Positions 49,171 through 61,208 of a stretch of DNA of 64,000 nt are shown piece after piece. The notes under the pieces were generated by a model. It made no database searches. It worked only from the letters and a program-made list of their open reading frames with translations, and was not told the origin of the DNA. Numbering within the stretch: position 1 is the stretch's first letter; the number at the start of each line of letters is the position of its first letter. Origin of the DNA: Convolutriloba macropyga. Its lineage: Eukaryota. Both the position numbers and the translations under genes were made by a program. The stretch lies in assembly GCF_964194025.1 (NCBI RefSeq), contig NC_134474.1, forward strand, positions 13,826,001 through 13,890,000, in the 5' to 3' direction.

Positions 49171-52100
49171 CTACAGGGAGTTATTGAGGTTTAAACTTCT
49201 GAAAAAAGTAAAGGGAATTCACGTTGTTTTATTCACATTTTCCAAAATTTTTGCCTAATTTTTCGTCAATTTTGCTAAAATTTGTTGAAATTTTTAAAAA
49301 TAGTGTCGTTGATTTTATTTTTAAGGACAAAAAAGCATTGTTGATTATTCTGATTTAATTTTTTTGGCCAAAAACTCTGGATAAATATTGCAAAATTCAG
49401 CCTTTTTCATCACAAACACACGAAATAAGCTACTTTAGTCCACTTTGATAAAATTTGCCGGCACTACACACCCATAAAACAATAATACATTCTTTGTAAA
49501 CTCAGAAGGAGGCTATTCCTACTTCAACTTCCGCCGAGAGTGCTCTGTAATTAAAACTTTGCCGTTTTTTGCTAGCTTTACTCGTTTATTATCAAAAATG
49601 CAGAATTTTTTTTTAGTTTTCAATTAACAAACTATCTATATCTCCAATATTCGAACAATCAAAAGTTCCTAGCTGACAAAAAACATTAGCAGGGCCAGTT
49701 TTGGGCCAATCTTGGACTGTTACTATCCAAAAAGAATTCGGATTGCAATCAGTTGATCTTTATTTTTCGAATAAAGACTTTTTTTTTAATAAGAAAGAAC
49801 AGAACATATCAAATGAAAGCTCAGGAGTGATAGGTCCAATTGGCTTCCTAAGCAACTCCAAGCTAATGCATTTAGTTTCTACTTGAAAGTTTATGATCTT
49901 TTCGACTTTTGAAAAAATTGATTTTTAAATAAGTAATGCTTAATGAACTTTTCCTCCTTTTTTTTAATTTGGTCAACTTGCAGCTTAGTGTCAGCAAAGA
50001 AAGAATGCTTCTTCATTCTACTCATTGAAAATTTAGTCTCGGTTGTGTTTTTAAGCCTGAAGTTAATGTTTTCCGGCTTTGATACTATTGGAATTCAGAT
50101 TTTTTTCTGTTTCTAGAAATTTGCCAGTATTTCACGTTTTCTAGCCACATTATCATATTACTGACAGTTCTCATATCACATTTTTAGCGTTGAAAATGAA
50201 ACACAATTGAACATATTAAAATTTTTAAAGATATAGATTATCGTCTCAACGGCCTCGACACTTCTTTCTTCAAGAAATTAATTGATTTTTTAATTTTGTC
50301 TTTAACTGTCATTTTTACTTTGCCATTTCAGTTGTATGAAATTTCCTGTATAGTGATAGTTTTCAATGACTTTTTATGGAAGAGTAGAAGAACCAATTTT
50401 ATGGAAGTATAGACAAGCTGATATTCTGATATCAGAAGATAGCTGATGGCTTTCATGACTTTGAAAACAATCGTTTTCCAAATCTAAAAATAAAAAACTT
50501 TTTAACTTCGTAAGTTTGTTCTTTTTATATTTCTTTTTGGAACCTAATCTCGTTAATTACTGGTCAAATATGACATTGTGGGTGTCAAGGGGAGGAGTCA
50601 AAAGGGATTGATTTCCCTATTTCTGTTTTTTTTAAAGAATGCATTATGACCTTACTGACTTCGACATCGGTTTTTCACAAAAAAAGTAAATTAATTTGAT
50701 TTTTGTCAGGCTTGATGTTCTTTTTGTAGACGCAAGAATTATTCTGGATGATTGCAGTTCTCATAGAATTCCTTTGGATGAATAAACGACTCTATTTAAA
50801 TATCTCATTTTGTAATTAATGTTTTTCATGACTTTGGACATAATTTTTTTTCGAAAAAGAAATCAAAATTATTACATACTTTTGCCATTTTCTCTTTTTG
50901 TCTAAATATTACAAAGTCTCACTCATAAATGACCTTTTGCTACATTATCAGTGTTTGAAGAAAGCGCAAAAAACGTATTTTGAGGGCCGAAATATGGCTT
51001 GACGGTTTTGACAGCGTTTTCTGGCAAGTTTCAATTGAATTTTTGTTTGTTGTTTTTGTGTTGTTCTTTTTAGCCGCTTAAAGAAATGAATAAGGAAAGG
51101 TCCTAATGCCCTTCTATAGAAACATTGATAATCGTAAACCTTTGAGATATTTTACTTGATTTCTAATGGTGTTAATTACTTTGCAGTTAATTGTTTTAAA
51201 AAAATAAGCAAATTTATTAACTTTAATTTTTGTTCTTTTTTGTCTAATTGTTACCAAACTTTTTTATGGACTGGTCCATATCTTTTCTGGTGATTTATAA
51301 GTTATTTTGTTTAGTTTTAGTTTCATCTGACGGTATGTTGACTTTATTAAATTTTGTTTTTTAAAGCGGACAAAAAGTTTTAAATGTAATTAATGTTTGT
51401 TGTTGCTGTTGTTGTTTGATTTTGCTGTTCGTCTTGACTCGCTTTCTTAATATTGGCATATCACAGCAATTTAATGCTTCAATTTTTACTCCACTGAGTT
51501 TTTTGCTTTGGAGGCTATCTTATTGTTCATACACAATTTTTTTGAAAAATACTTGGGTTTTTTTGGTATTCCCAAAAAATAATTTTTGGGTTTTCTATCT
51601 GTTCCTCATTTGGTAGACAATCATGCCAAAACTGTAGATGGGAGGGGTCGGAACCTTATGCGCCATCGCACATTGCTGAGCCGCCTTGTATGAGACAAAT
51701 TCAATAAACTGATTCAATAAACAATTTTGCGGCTACGTTGACCTGGGGTTATCTGAGGGCACATTATTTTTCCGAAGTCATTGAATATTTTAGACAGTGA
51801 CGTATTGACAAACAAAAGCGTACGAAAACGTAAAAAATTCTGATTGAACAAATCTGATTGACCAAGAATTTTATCACCATAAGTTTTTTGTACTTAATTA
51901 TCAAGTATTTCACAGAACTTAGTTTCAAACATAGGGATATGTAGAATTTGGCCAAAGCTAAGAATTAGAGCCAAACAGGCTCAGATCCAAATGCGAAAAA
52001 TTGAGAGTCCGAGCCAAAGCTTGAAGTTTGATTGGCAAAATAACCTTATTGGTTTAAATTAAAGTAAATCAATTGTAAATATGGGCAAATAATGTAGTTG

Positions 52101-52900
52101 TCGCTTGACTATCTATGGTATGCGGTCGATTACGCTGCGCTTGCCCTCTCCATTGCCTCAACCTCTTTCAATCTGACGGTTGCGTCCACGGAGAAACCTT
52201 CGCCACGCTATTTTTAAAAGTATTTGTGACAAAAATTGCCTCTAAAAGCAATGAATTTTAAGATAAACCAAATAGACTACGGGAAATAGTTGTCTTTAAA
52301 TCGCATTTTATGGCATTTTGCCCTGCACTCGTTTCCTCCCCTGCGTCCTTCCATTGACTAAATTAGTATAAGCCAATCAGAAAATAGTATTTAATTTTGC
52401 TCAATCGTGATTGGCCAGCAAGCTAATTTCTTTATTTGAGTTTATGATCCATTTTCATTAGCGTCCTGTTAGACAAGCAGTCTGCACTATAACAGATTGG
52501 ACAAAAAATGGCATCAACAAGACGAGATTAAGGTTTTTAAATTTTGCTATCAACTTTGTTTTAGAGCAATAAATCGCAAGGTTGAAATTTTTTACAACAG
52601 CTGTAAGTTTTTTAGGTTAATGTATGATGTAGCTATCTTGGTTATGATCAAGTTTTATGTTTGAGTACCTTTAAAACAAAGATTTAAAATTACAGAAGTT
52701 AAAACAAATACATGAATTCGCTCAATAGCTGTTCTCCTTGTTCGTGCTGATAGTATAAAACTGCTCACGAGGGATTAAAAATATAAGACTAAATTTCATT
52801 ACGGGTATTTGGTGTACTTCAGATCTCACTTCAAATTTACATATTAAGCGCTTGGATGATACGAAATAGGAAAACGTGCAACACGTAAAAATTATTTCAG

Positions 52901-53031
52901 GAGTGCATCAAAGAAGATCAAGATGTATCGGATCAGTGACTCAAGTGGATCCCTTCTGTTGACAGAAGTGGGTACCACTCCCCTCACCCAATCACTCCTG
53001 CACTCTGCCGACTGCTTCATCATTGACCAAG
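52901..53031 (+). CDS. villin-like coding exon 6 (G3, not in ORF track)
   Basis: TTTCAG|G AGT...; SASKKIKMYRISDSSGSLLLTEVGTTPLTQSLLHSADCFIIDQ(G)|GT; matches G3 LY.VSD.SG.L...EV...PL.Q.LL...DC.I.DQ; phases 2/1. Confidence 0.92.
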
Positions 53032-54099
53032 GTACTCCAACATCAACATAACCCCAATAGCATCAATAATCGACATTTCTAAGCGCAAAGTTTTTATTAA
53101 AAGAGGTTATGATTAAAATTTCCGATATCATTGCATTAAATGACGAATGAATGCCAAGAAAACGTTTCTTTTTACATTTTTTAAATGAGTTTCTCTTTCA
53201 TGGAGTTTTAAGAGTATTTTTAATGCACTATATCCGGCGATTATGATATTTTTGACGTGCCTTTCCTTAAGGTCATCCTTATAGTTTTTAACCAGATTAT
53301 GCATCATAAAAAAGATTTTCTGGCGTTGCGAAACAGCCCTGTAATATTTCTTTTACAGAAACTTAATTCAAAATAAGTCCGATAAAAACATCAAAATTTT
53401 CAATAACAATTAAATTTAGGGCCTCTTTTTTCAAGATCTCAGAAACTAAAACTTGGGGGACTTTTTTAATCGCCAAGGTGAGAGCTCCTCTTTTGACGTT
53501 TAACTGGCTCCGCATTTTGTGAACAAGTTCTTACCACAAGAATTTAACAAATGTCGCAAAACTCAGTACAAAATCACTAAATCACGACTAGGGCACCTGC
53601 CAATACTTCGCTAGAAAACACCCACTATAGCTAATTATTCCAACCCCACTTGTCGAGGAAGGAACTATATACTCAAATGGGTTTTTTTGTTCAGACAATT
53701 TTAGCCGATCGATATATTCAGTGTAGAGAAATGTGAGTGGTATCATTAAAAAGCTCGTCCAGCGTAGCATTCTAAACTAAAAAGATTTTTTTAATTTTGT
53801 TTTTTTTTGCGAGGAATTATCGAAGGTTGATGTTTTGTGTTAACACGTGATATTTGACATGATTTGGTTCACTTTTAGTGTAATTTTTCTTCAAATTAAG
53901 ACATTTTTTTAAAAAAAAACATCGATTCGAAATTACCTTTCACGCCGCAAACAGAACCAATTTTGAGTTTCTAATAGACAAAATCGATAAAAAAGACTAG
54001 TTCTGGTCTCACAGGGAACTGTATTATAAAAAAAATAGAATTCCATTTGAGAGCTTTTTTTAGAAAACTTTTCATATTTTTTTTCTTAATCCACCTAGA

Positions 54100-55750
54100 G
54101 ACTATTCACTTTTCATACTAAAGTTCCATTAATTATAAACCTGATTTACAGTCTTATGAAGCCCCATGAACAAAAAATTCATATTCGAGGAGTCGCTTGA
54201 ATCGCTCGTGTTTTTTGGCTTCGACGCTTGAGTTTTGGTAATTTGAAATGAAAATTTGATATTCTTCTTTGAGGTTATAGCATAGACTTGTTGACTAATG
54301 GTTCATTAGGTTGTGTAATGAGCATTAATTGAACCTATCTGGAGCTTACATACTTTCTGCAGTAATTTTGGTTCTCTTTGGCAATGTATCACATTAACAA
54401 AAAATTGATAATTGCATTGGCTTCGAGCAGACGTTCAATGGATCATACATAAAGTTTTCAGAGAAAAGCTAATGGTTTAAATGGCTTCGAAACTTTCTTT
54501 TCGCACTTTTCTACTTATTTTTTGGATTTTGCCTGTGTTTGTCGTTGTTTTCATTTTCAATGACTTTTTTATAATGCCCTATTGATAAGTTAGGAACCAC
54601 ATCCTCGTTGTCTTATCAAGCCATAACTTTGCGTATTTATTAGATTGCATTAAAATTTGTTTTATTTAATTGCGTAGATAATACGGGTTTCTCAAAAAAA
54701 ATTTGTTGTTTTAATGTAATTTTTCATGTTTGTTGATTCATTGGATTCAAATAGTTAAACAAGAATACCATAGCATTGAAACATTAATTGCAATAAGACA
54801 TGTTTTTTCTGAAAAATTTGTTTTTAATGGCTTCGCTCGGTTTTTTTTTGAATTTGCTGTGGCAGCCTGTTTTTTTATTCTTCAGGTAGCCGTAAACTGC
54901 TGACTGGTCTCATGAGCTTGTAACTGAGGGTAACTGAAGATTGATTGAATATTGTTGCCCGAAGCAGTCATTTAATACCGAAGTATATAATATACATTGT
55001 TAAGATTTTAATTATTTTTCACTTTTTTCAGTTTTTGTTGTTGTTGTTATCATCAATTTGTAACATTGTCTCATCATCGAGAGGTCCCACAAAATTTCCT
55101 GTAACTTAAAATTTAACATGTTTCTTGTTATTGTTACGCAACTGATGTTTTGTTTGTTCGACAATATGTGTTTTCTTAAAAAGTTATGTGAGTGGTGTGT
55201 TTGTGTTTCTTTTTCTCCTGCTTTAGCACAATCGCGTAACAAGAGAACCCAATGATTTTCAAATATGGCTCAATTGAACGTATTTATTTATTCAATGTAA
55301 CTTTAGCTGGATTGGTATAAATAGAAATTGAAATAAAAACACATAACAATCAGATAATTGCTAATGATTTAATGGCTTCACTGATTTGTGTTTCCGCAAT
55401 GTTTTTAGCTTGTTGTTCGTAATTCTTTTGAGTTTTTCTTCATCTATATTCCGTTTCGATGGCTTAGTCTAACTAAAGACAGGTCCTATTGGTTTCACTA
55501 TGACTAATTAAATTTTTCAAGAATTGTTTTGTTAAAAGTTACTGTTTTTTAAGACTTGAAATTATTTGATAAACAAGGTTGATTTCGTTCTTGAATTCCG
55601 CGTTACTTGGTCTCATCAAAGAAGAATTCCGTTTTCTGCATAGTTAGGAAAAATTAAATTTGTGTAGTTGTTTTTTATTGGAAATTTTGTTTTTTTGCTT
55701 TTTTGTTTTTGTTGTTTTTTTTCTCGTAGTCTTTTCAATGCAGATCTCGT
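54100..55750 (-). mobile_element. possible highly decayed LINE ORF1/endonuclease remnant
   Basis: A-rich minus strand with faint motifs (ENHW.L...AKA.EK; WLD); weak. Confidence 0.25.
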
Positions 55751-55963
55751 TGTAATTAGGCATGGCATTATTCAGTTCAATTATTAGTCTGGTTGTGCAA
55801 CGATATTTTTTAAACTCAAACATCTATTTTTGATTATCTTTTTGTCAAAAATCTAAGTCAAAAGATAGTTAAGTCAAAAATGTAGATGAGCGCTGGTCGG
55901 AACATCATGTGCAAACGCACATTAACGATCCTCCTAGTTTTCATTGACTGGTGATTGTTTCAG

Positions 55964-56157
55964 GAGCAGCAGGTATCTTTGTGTGGAAGGGCAAAAATGC
56001 GAATAAAGAAGAGAAAGCAGCAGCCATGAAGAATGCGAGTGCTTTCATTAAGACTAAGAAGTACCCTCCCCACACACAGATTGTGGCTGTTATTGACGGA
56101 GCAGAGCCACCATCATTCAAAATGCTATTCAGTGACTGGAAAAACAAACACGCGCAG
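55964..56157 (+). CDS. villin-like coding exon 7 (G3)
   Basis: TTTCAG|GA GCA; AAGIFVWKGKNANKEEKAAAMKNASAFIKTKKYPPHTQIVAVIDGAEPPSFKMLFSDWKNKHAQ|GTATGG; phases 1/0. Confidence 0.93.
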
Positions 56158-56170
56158 GTATGGTGGGTGA

Positions 56171-56316
56171 CCCGTACCTAACTTTCAGAGTAATTCAGTA
56201 CTGAGTCGAAAAGTTTTTCAGAAACGATTCAGTACTGATTCAGAGTCTGCTCATGTCACGTTTTGCTCTGATATTCTCTGAATCAGATCTGATGCAGAAT
56301 GAATATTAGGTACGGG
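56171..56316. mobile_element. MITE just downstream of villin exon 7 donor
   Basis: ACCCGTACCTAA (56170-56181) / TTAGGTACGGGT (56306-56317); internal TCAG..CTGA repeats. Confidence 0.75.
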
Positions 56317-56412
56317 TACATCACAAGCACTGGTTCGCTCTCCCCAAGAACTATTTTCACATGGGTGAACATGAGTGAACAAATTAAGGCTTGTTTTTTT
56401 GCACATGAACAT

Positions 56413-56486
56413 ATTGGTCATTTTTGCCAAAATTCTGTTTAGTTAAAGGCCGTTAACTAAACAGAATTTTGGCAAAAACGACCAAT
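56413..56486. repeat. 74 bp near-perfect palindrome
   Basis: ATTGGTCATTTTTGCCAAAATTCTGTTTAGTTAA-AGGCCG-TTAACTAAACAGAATTTTGGCAAAAACGACCAAT; two mismatched pairs, GGCC centre. Confidence 0.95.
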
Positions 56487-56602
56487 GATCAAAATCTTTA
56501 AAATCTGTTCTGTATATTTGAGTTCCATCACGCAATATATCATATAATTTTTTCGAGTCTTCTTAAGAATCTTCCGTTAATCAAACTTTTCGTACCTTGA
56601 GT

Positions 56603-56875
56603 ACGGTTTTGGATAAACCCAACTTAATTTAGATAGGAAATAAACCCCTGAGAAATTTACCAATGAAATAACCTCTTGGGCTTTTACTTCACTGTTGGGC
56701 TTTTAACGCGTTTTCTGTGACTCGCTGGCCACCACAACCAAACAAAAACTATCACAACCGAACAAAATATCACATCTAAATTTCAATATTAAAATGGGGT
56801 TTATTTCGGTGGGTGTTTATTTCCAAGGGGGTTTATTTCCTATCTAAAACTAGTTGGGTTTATTTCCTAGACCGC
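56603..56875. mobile_element. MITE with ~45 bp TIRs and GGAAATAAACCC subterminal repeats
   Basis: Left CGGTTTTGGATAAACCCAACTTAATTTAGATAGGAAATAAACCC vs reverse-complemented right CGGTCTAGGAAATAAACCCAACTAGTTTTAGATAGGAAATAAACCC; flanks TTGAGT / CTGAGT. Confidence 0.8.
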
Positions 56876-56981
56876 CTGAGTCACTCTTGTTTTTTTTCGA
56901 AACCAGTGAAATGAAATGGGAGTTCTAGAACTGATAATGACGTGCTGTCTCCACTTTTAATATTAACACAAATTTATCTAG

Positions 56982-57111
56982 GTGGGGCTAGGCACAGCAC
57001 ACAGTATCAATAGAGTTGCCAAAATCACAGCCCAGACCCAGTTTGACGTGACGTCATTGCATGCGAAGCCAGAGGTGGCAGCCAGTGCCAGGATGGTCGA
57101 TGATGGAACTG
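56982..57111 (+). CDS. villin-like coding exon 8 (G3-G4 linker, not in ORF track)
   Basis: VGLGTAHSINRVAKITAQTQFDVTSLHAKPEVAASARMVDDGT(G)|GTCAGT; matches villin/advillin GLG.......VAK....FD...LH.KP.VAA...MVDDG.G; phases 0/1. Confidence 0.92.
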
Positions 57112-59289
57112 GTCAGTTGAAAAAATTGGGATGTTAATATCCCCGATAAACAGTTTGGCTTTTGATTATTGACATTAAAACGTTCCAGATCATTAAAAGG
57201 CAACCCTAGCGAATAAAATGGAGCGTTCAGCTAAAATTCAACGAATGAGCTCTTATGTTCCAACCCCAATTTTGGAGGTTTCAATTTATGCTCGTTGATT
57301 TTTTTTGTTAAGACGGTTGCAGTCGATCATATCTTTTGAGTACAGAAAAAAACTGTTATCAATGAATCTCTCTTTAGAAAAAGTGTCCGAAATTTTAGAG
57401 AAAAATCCAGAAAAAAACGCAGCAACAAATTTTGTCAGCAAAAAATAAAACGAAACGTGGGCGTCGACTGATAACATTGACTATCATCCCGAACAAGAAG
57501 GACTATCATCCTTGACGAAATGGATACGATGGGAAAGCTATCGTTGCTATCAGTTTTGGAGTTATGACTTGTGAAACAGGATCGTTTTGAATTCAATTAC
57601 TCAGGGCCATTATTGACGAAAATGTGGGAGTTGGGTTGAAATACCTTATGACATTAAAATCTTGTCAATATTATACGCGCCTGACATTTAAGAGTCGAAG
57701 CTTGGTCTGCAACACCATTGTGAGTTTGAAAAATGAAATCTGTTTTGTACCTCGCCTAAATATTTATCGACAATTTGCTGGTCAACTTAACTCTAACGCC
57801 AAATGGACCTCAAATTTTTTAAAAAAAATTAAAATAACGTTTTGTCTAACTCGATCAGATTATATGTACTAGTAAATTAAACGATTAAAATATAAATAAA
57901 CACAAGGCACTAATTGAGAGTCTAAGAATTGCATCTCAAACTGAGACTACTGAATCCATTTGAAACTCATGTCAAAACAAGAAGGCTCAGCAAAGTGCGT
58001 TCGCACATAATGTTTCGACCCCTTTCAACCAAGTTTTCTACTTAATTGAATACCAAACGAGGAAGAGAGGGAAAACTTTAAAATATCATATATTGTTCGA
58101 AAATATTTGGTGCATCCATTTAAAAATTGCTTTAAGATCAAACAACTATACAAGTTAAACAATGCCTCATTAAAGGGACAATGATACCTGGCATTAAGAC
58201 GATTGAGACACAAACAACAAAATAAAATAAAAACAACAAGCTTCAATTGCGACCAAAGCTGAATTTCGTTCTCAAAAAAGCTTAATCTTCAAGTCAAATT
58301 TGCATCAAATAAAGAATAAACTAACAAATACACTTGCACTTCACCAGAAAAGATAGAGGGACCTGTTTTCATATATAATGTACTGCTCCTTTAAGCGAAG
58401 GTGTCATTTAGAGCAGTCATTAGGGAGACTAAGGTACAAAGACCGAAAAACAACAACAACAAACACAGGCTGAACTTGAATTTTCACGAAAAGACGACAC
58501 AACAACACACCATAAGTTTTTTTCACACCAAAGTACAATTAAAGTGTTTGTTTGTTGATTTTTATTTAAATCAATTTTATCTGCCAGTAGAGAATAACTA
58601 ACAATTTGACAGAGAACAGAAAAGTTAAAAGTGAAAAATTTGTGTATACCTATTTAAGACAATGGATTCCAAAATGTTAAAAACTTTTAACTATCAATTG
58701 AAATCATTGAGTAGCTTCATTTTTGCCTCTTTACAAACTCGCTGAGGTCTGTGTTTATCCAGATTGTCACAACTTTACAAAATAAGCGAAAACAGGCAAA
58801 AGTCAAAAGGCTAATTGTTTTTTTGCAAGAAAACGGTATCGAAGCCTAAAAAAATCTTTATCTTATCGCTTAACTTACTAAATTTAAACAAATGTATCTA
58901 ATTTCCGTGCCCTTAAGGTAATATAACTATTTTAAATATTGTGTCCATTGGAACAGACGGCAAAAGTAACCTAAAAAAATATGGCCGCAAAATGAAGAAT
59001 AATTTATGAAACCTTTTATCAAAACAAAAAACCATCTGAAAAACTGAAAAGACATCAATGAGGAAAATAGTTGGTTACTAATCAAGATGCCAAATCAGCA
59101 GGTTGTTAGGGTGACTTAATGAGAAGACAACAAATAAAGAATGAAGATATTCAGAATCCAAAGTTTCTTAATCAAACTTTTTAAGAAAACGGTGTGGAAG
59201 TCGAAAAATTGGCTGAAATGATCACCCATTATCATTTGTTTTAGTTTGAAATTAAATGAAGTTTCGAAAATTGTTTTGTGATATGAAAT

Positions 59290-59493
59290 CATTATGACAT
59301 GTATTTAACATAAAAAAATCAAAAAGGCACAAAGAAATTTAAATGTGCACAGCGCCCCATTATGGATTTTATTTAACATAAAAAAATCAAAAAGGCAAAG
59401 AAATTTAAATGTGCTCAGCGCCTCATTATGGCCTGTATTTAACATAAAAAATCAGAAAGACAAAGAAATTATATTGTGCACAGCGCCCCATTA
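59290..59493 (+). repeat. 3 x ~67 bp minisatellite
   Basis: CATTATG...TATTTAACATAAAAAAATCAAAAAGG..AAAGAAATTTAAATGTGCACAGCGCCC at 59290, 59358, 59424. Confidence 0.9.
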
Positions 59494-60790
59494 CAAAACG
59501 AATTTTTTTCGAATTCCCATTTACAGGTTAGACCAAGATTAGTGTTGCCAGTGCTGCCAGTTCAATAAAATTTTTCCAAGTTTTACCGAAATAGATTATT
59601 TGATAAAGGTTTAATTAGCAAATTTAAATGTCGAATTTTGGAAAAGCCATTAGTTATCAACTGAAAGCATTAAATGGTTCTTTTGATAGCTTCATTGCTA
59701 GCAAAAAAAGCTTTGATCACCTATATTCAGTCATAAGACTACTAGACGAACATCAAATGCTGGCAAAAAATATTGCTGGAGCCAAATTAACCCTGAGCTT
59801 TTCTCGGAAAATACAATATCTTTACATTGGGCGTCATTTGAACAGAAATGGGACCGAAAATAATCAAATTTTTAAATGAAAACAGAATAGCTTGTAATTA
59901 GGATGAAAAAATGCAAAAAGTCTTTATAAATGACAGACATTCTGAATTTTTTTGGTTGCAAAAATCATTGACGAGACAATAATTGGCCTTTTCTTTGCGT
60001 TTAGCATTGTTAAAAAACGATATTGGTCTAGACAGTTTTGCAATATTTTTTGGCGGGAGGAAATCTTATTTGCATATTCGATAATTTGGATCAATATTTA
60101 TCGAATATGAATCTTTTGTTTGTGAGATATGACGATTCCAGAGGTAATTTACTTTCTAAGAAACCAGAGGTAACAAAAAACGATTATCTTGCCAAACGAT
60201 CTTAACATTGCGATTTTTTAAAGCAGTTTTTATGTCTTCACTACCGGCGAAATTGCACAATGTGGGCTAAATAGGATTATTTGGTGCCATTTTTTTAATA
60301 AAAAAATGAAAAACAAAATAACAGTTTTTCGAAAAGTTTACATAATCTTAGTCAAAGCAGTTGGTTCTTGCATTTTAGCAACTCTCTTTAATCTTTAAAC
60401 TCTAAACCAATGAGACTTTCGTTAACAGTTTTATCATATTTTTACAAAATTGATAAATTATGTCTGTCACGCAAAAAATAATGCCGTCACAAATTTGTGT
60501 CCTATGAAATGTAATCTCCGTCGAAGCAGTTCCTGAATCAGCAAAACACCATGATAATGAATTCTGTGCGTTGTGAGTTTATTCTTTAAGTTTCAATCAA
60601 AGATGAGCTCTGAATTATTTTTTTTGTTTTGTTCTCTTAATACGTTAGAATATATATCTACACTCCTTTCAAACCTTATAAGAGCAAATATCATGAAAAA
60701 AGAGTATAACCGCAACCTGAATAATCAGATGTTGGTTAACGAGTGTTCCATGTTAATACAGCCAATTTTTGAGTGAAACATTATGTACAG

Positions 60791-60967
60791 GTAAAACCGA
60801 AGTGTGGGTGGTTGAGAACTTTGACATAGTGCCAGTTGACGACTACTTACACGGACAGTTCTTTGCTGGAGACTGTTATGTGGTGAAGTATACTTACCAC
60901 GTGAAGAACAAGCCATGTTACATTCTCTACTATTGGATCGGATCAGACAGCAGTCAAGATGAACAAG
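60791..60967 (+). CDS. villin-like coding exon 9 (G4)
   Basis: TACAG|GT AAA; KTEVWVVENFDIVPVDDYLHGQFFAGDCYVVKYTY...YILYYWIGSDSSQDEQ(G)|GT; phases 1/1. The rest of the gene (G4-G6, any headpiece) is beyond the window, so villin vs advillin vs gelsolin is not settled. Confidence 0.92.
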
Positions 60968-60988
60968 GTTAAAACAATATCATTGTAT

Positions 60989-61208
60989 GGATCTGTTTCG
61001 TTACTGCCCCCCCCCCCTCCCATTCGTCTACAATCTGTTACCCCATAATGTTATTCGTCCCCCCTCATCATTTGTTATTCCCCAATACAAAGCACGTGTC
61101 ATTACGCACTAAATCATTGAGTAAACATATGACACGTGTATTAAGCGGGTGCAAAAAAAATGTGACCACAAAAATGGGGAGTGTTGGAGCAAATGAAAAA
61201 AAAAATCC
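60989..61208. mobile_element. second, diverged copy of the 20188-20361 MITE
   Basis: Starts GGATCTGTTTCGTT + C run, shares GCACGT.TCATTAC...TAAATCA...ATAT.ACACGTG, ends AAAATCC; sits 22 nt after villin exon 9. Confidence 0.65.

Noticed and set aside
59290-59493. CRISPR-like array
   Set aside because: Contiguous repeats with no unique spacers in a eukaryotic intron; a minisatellite.
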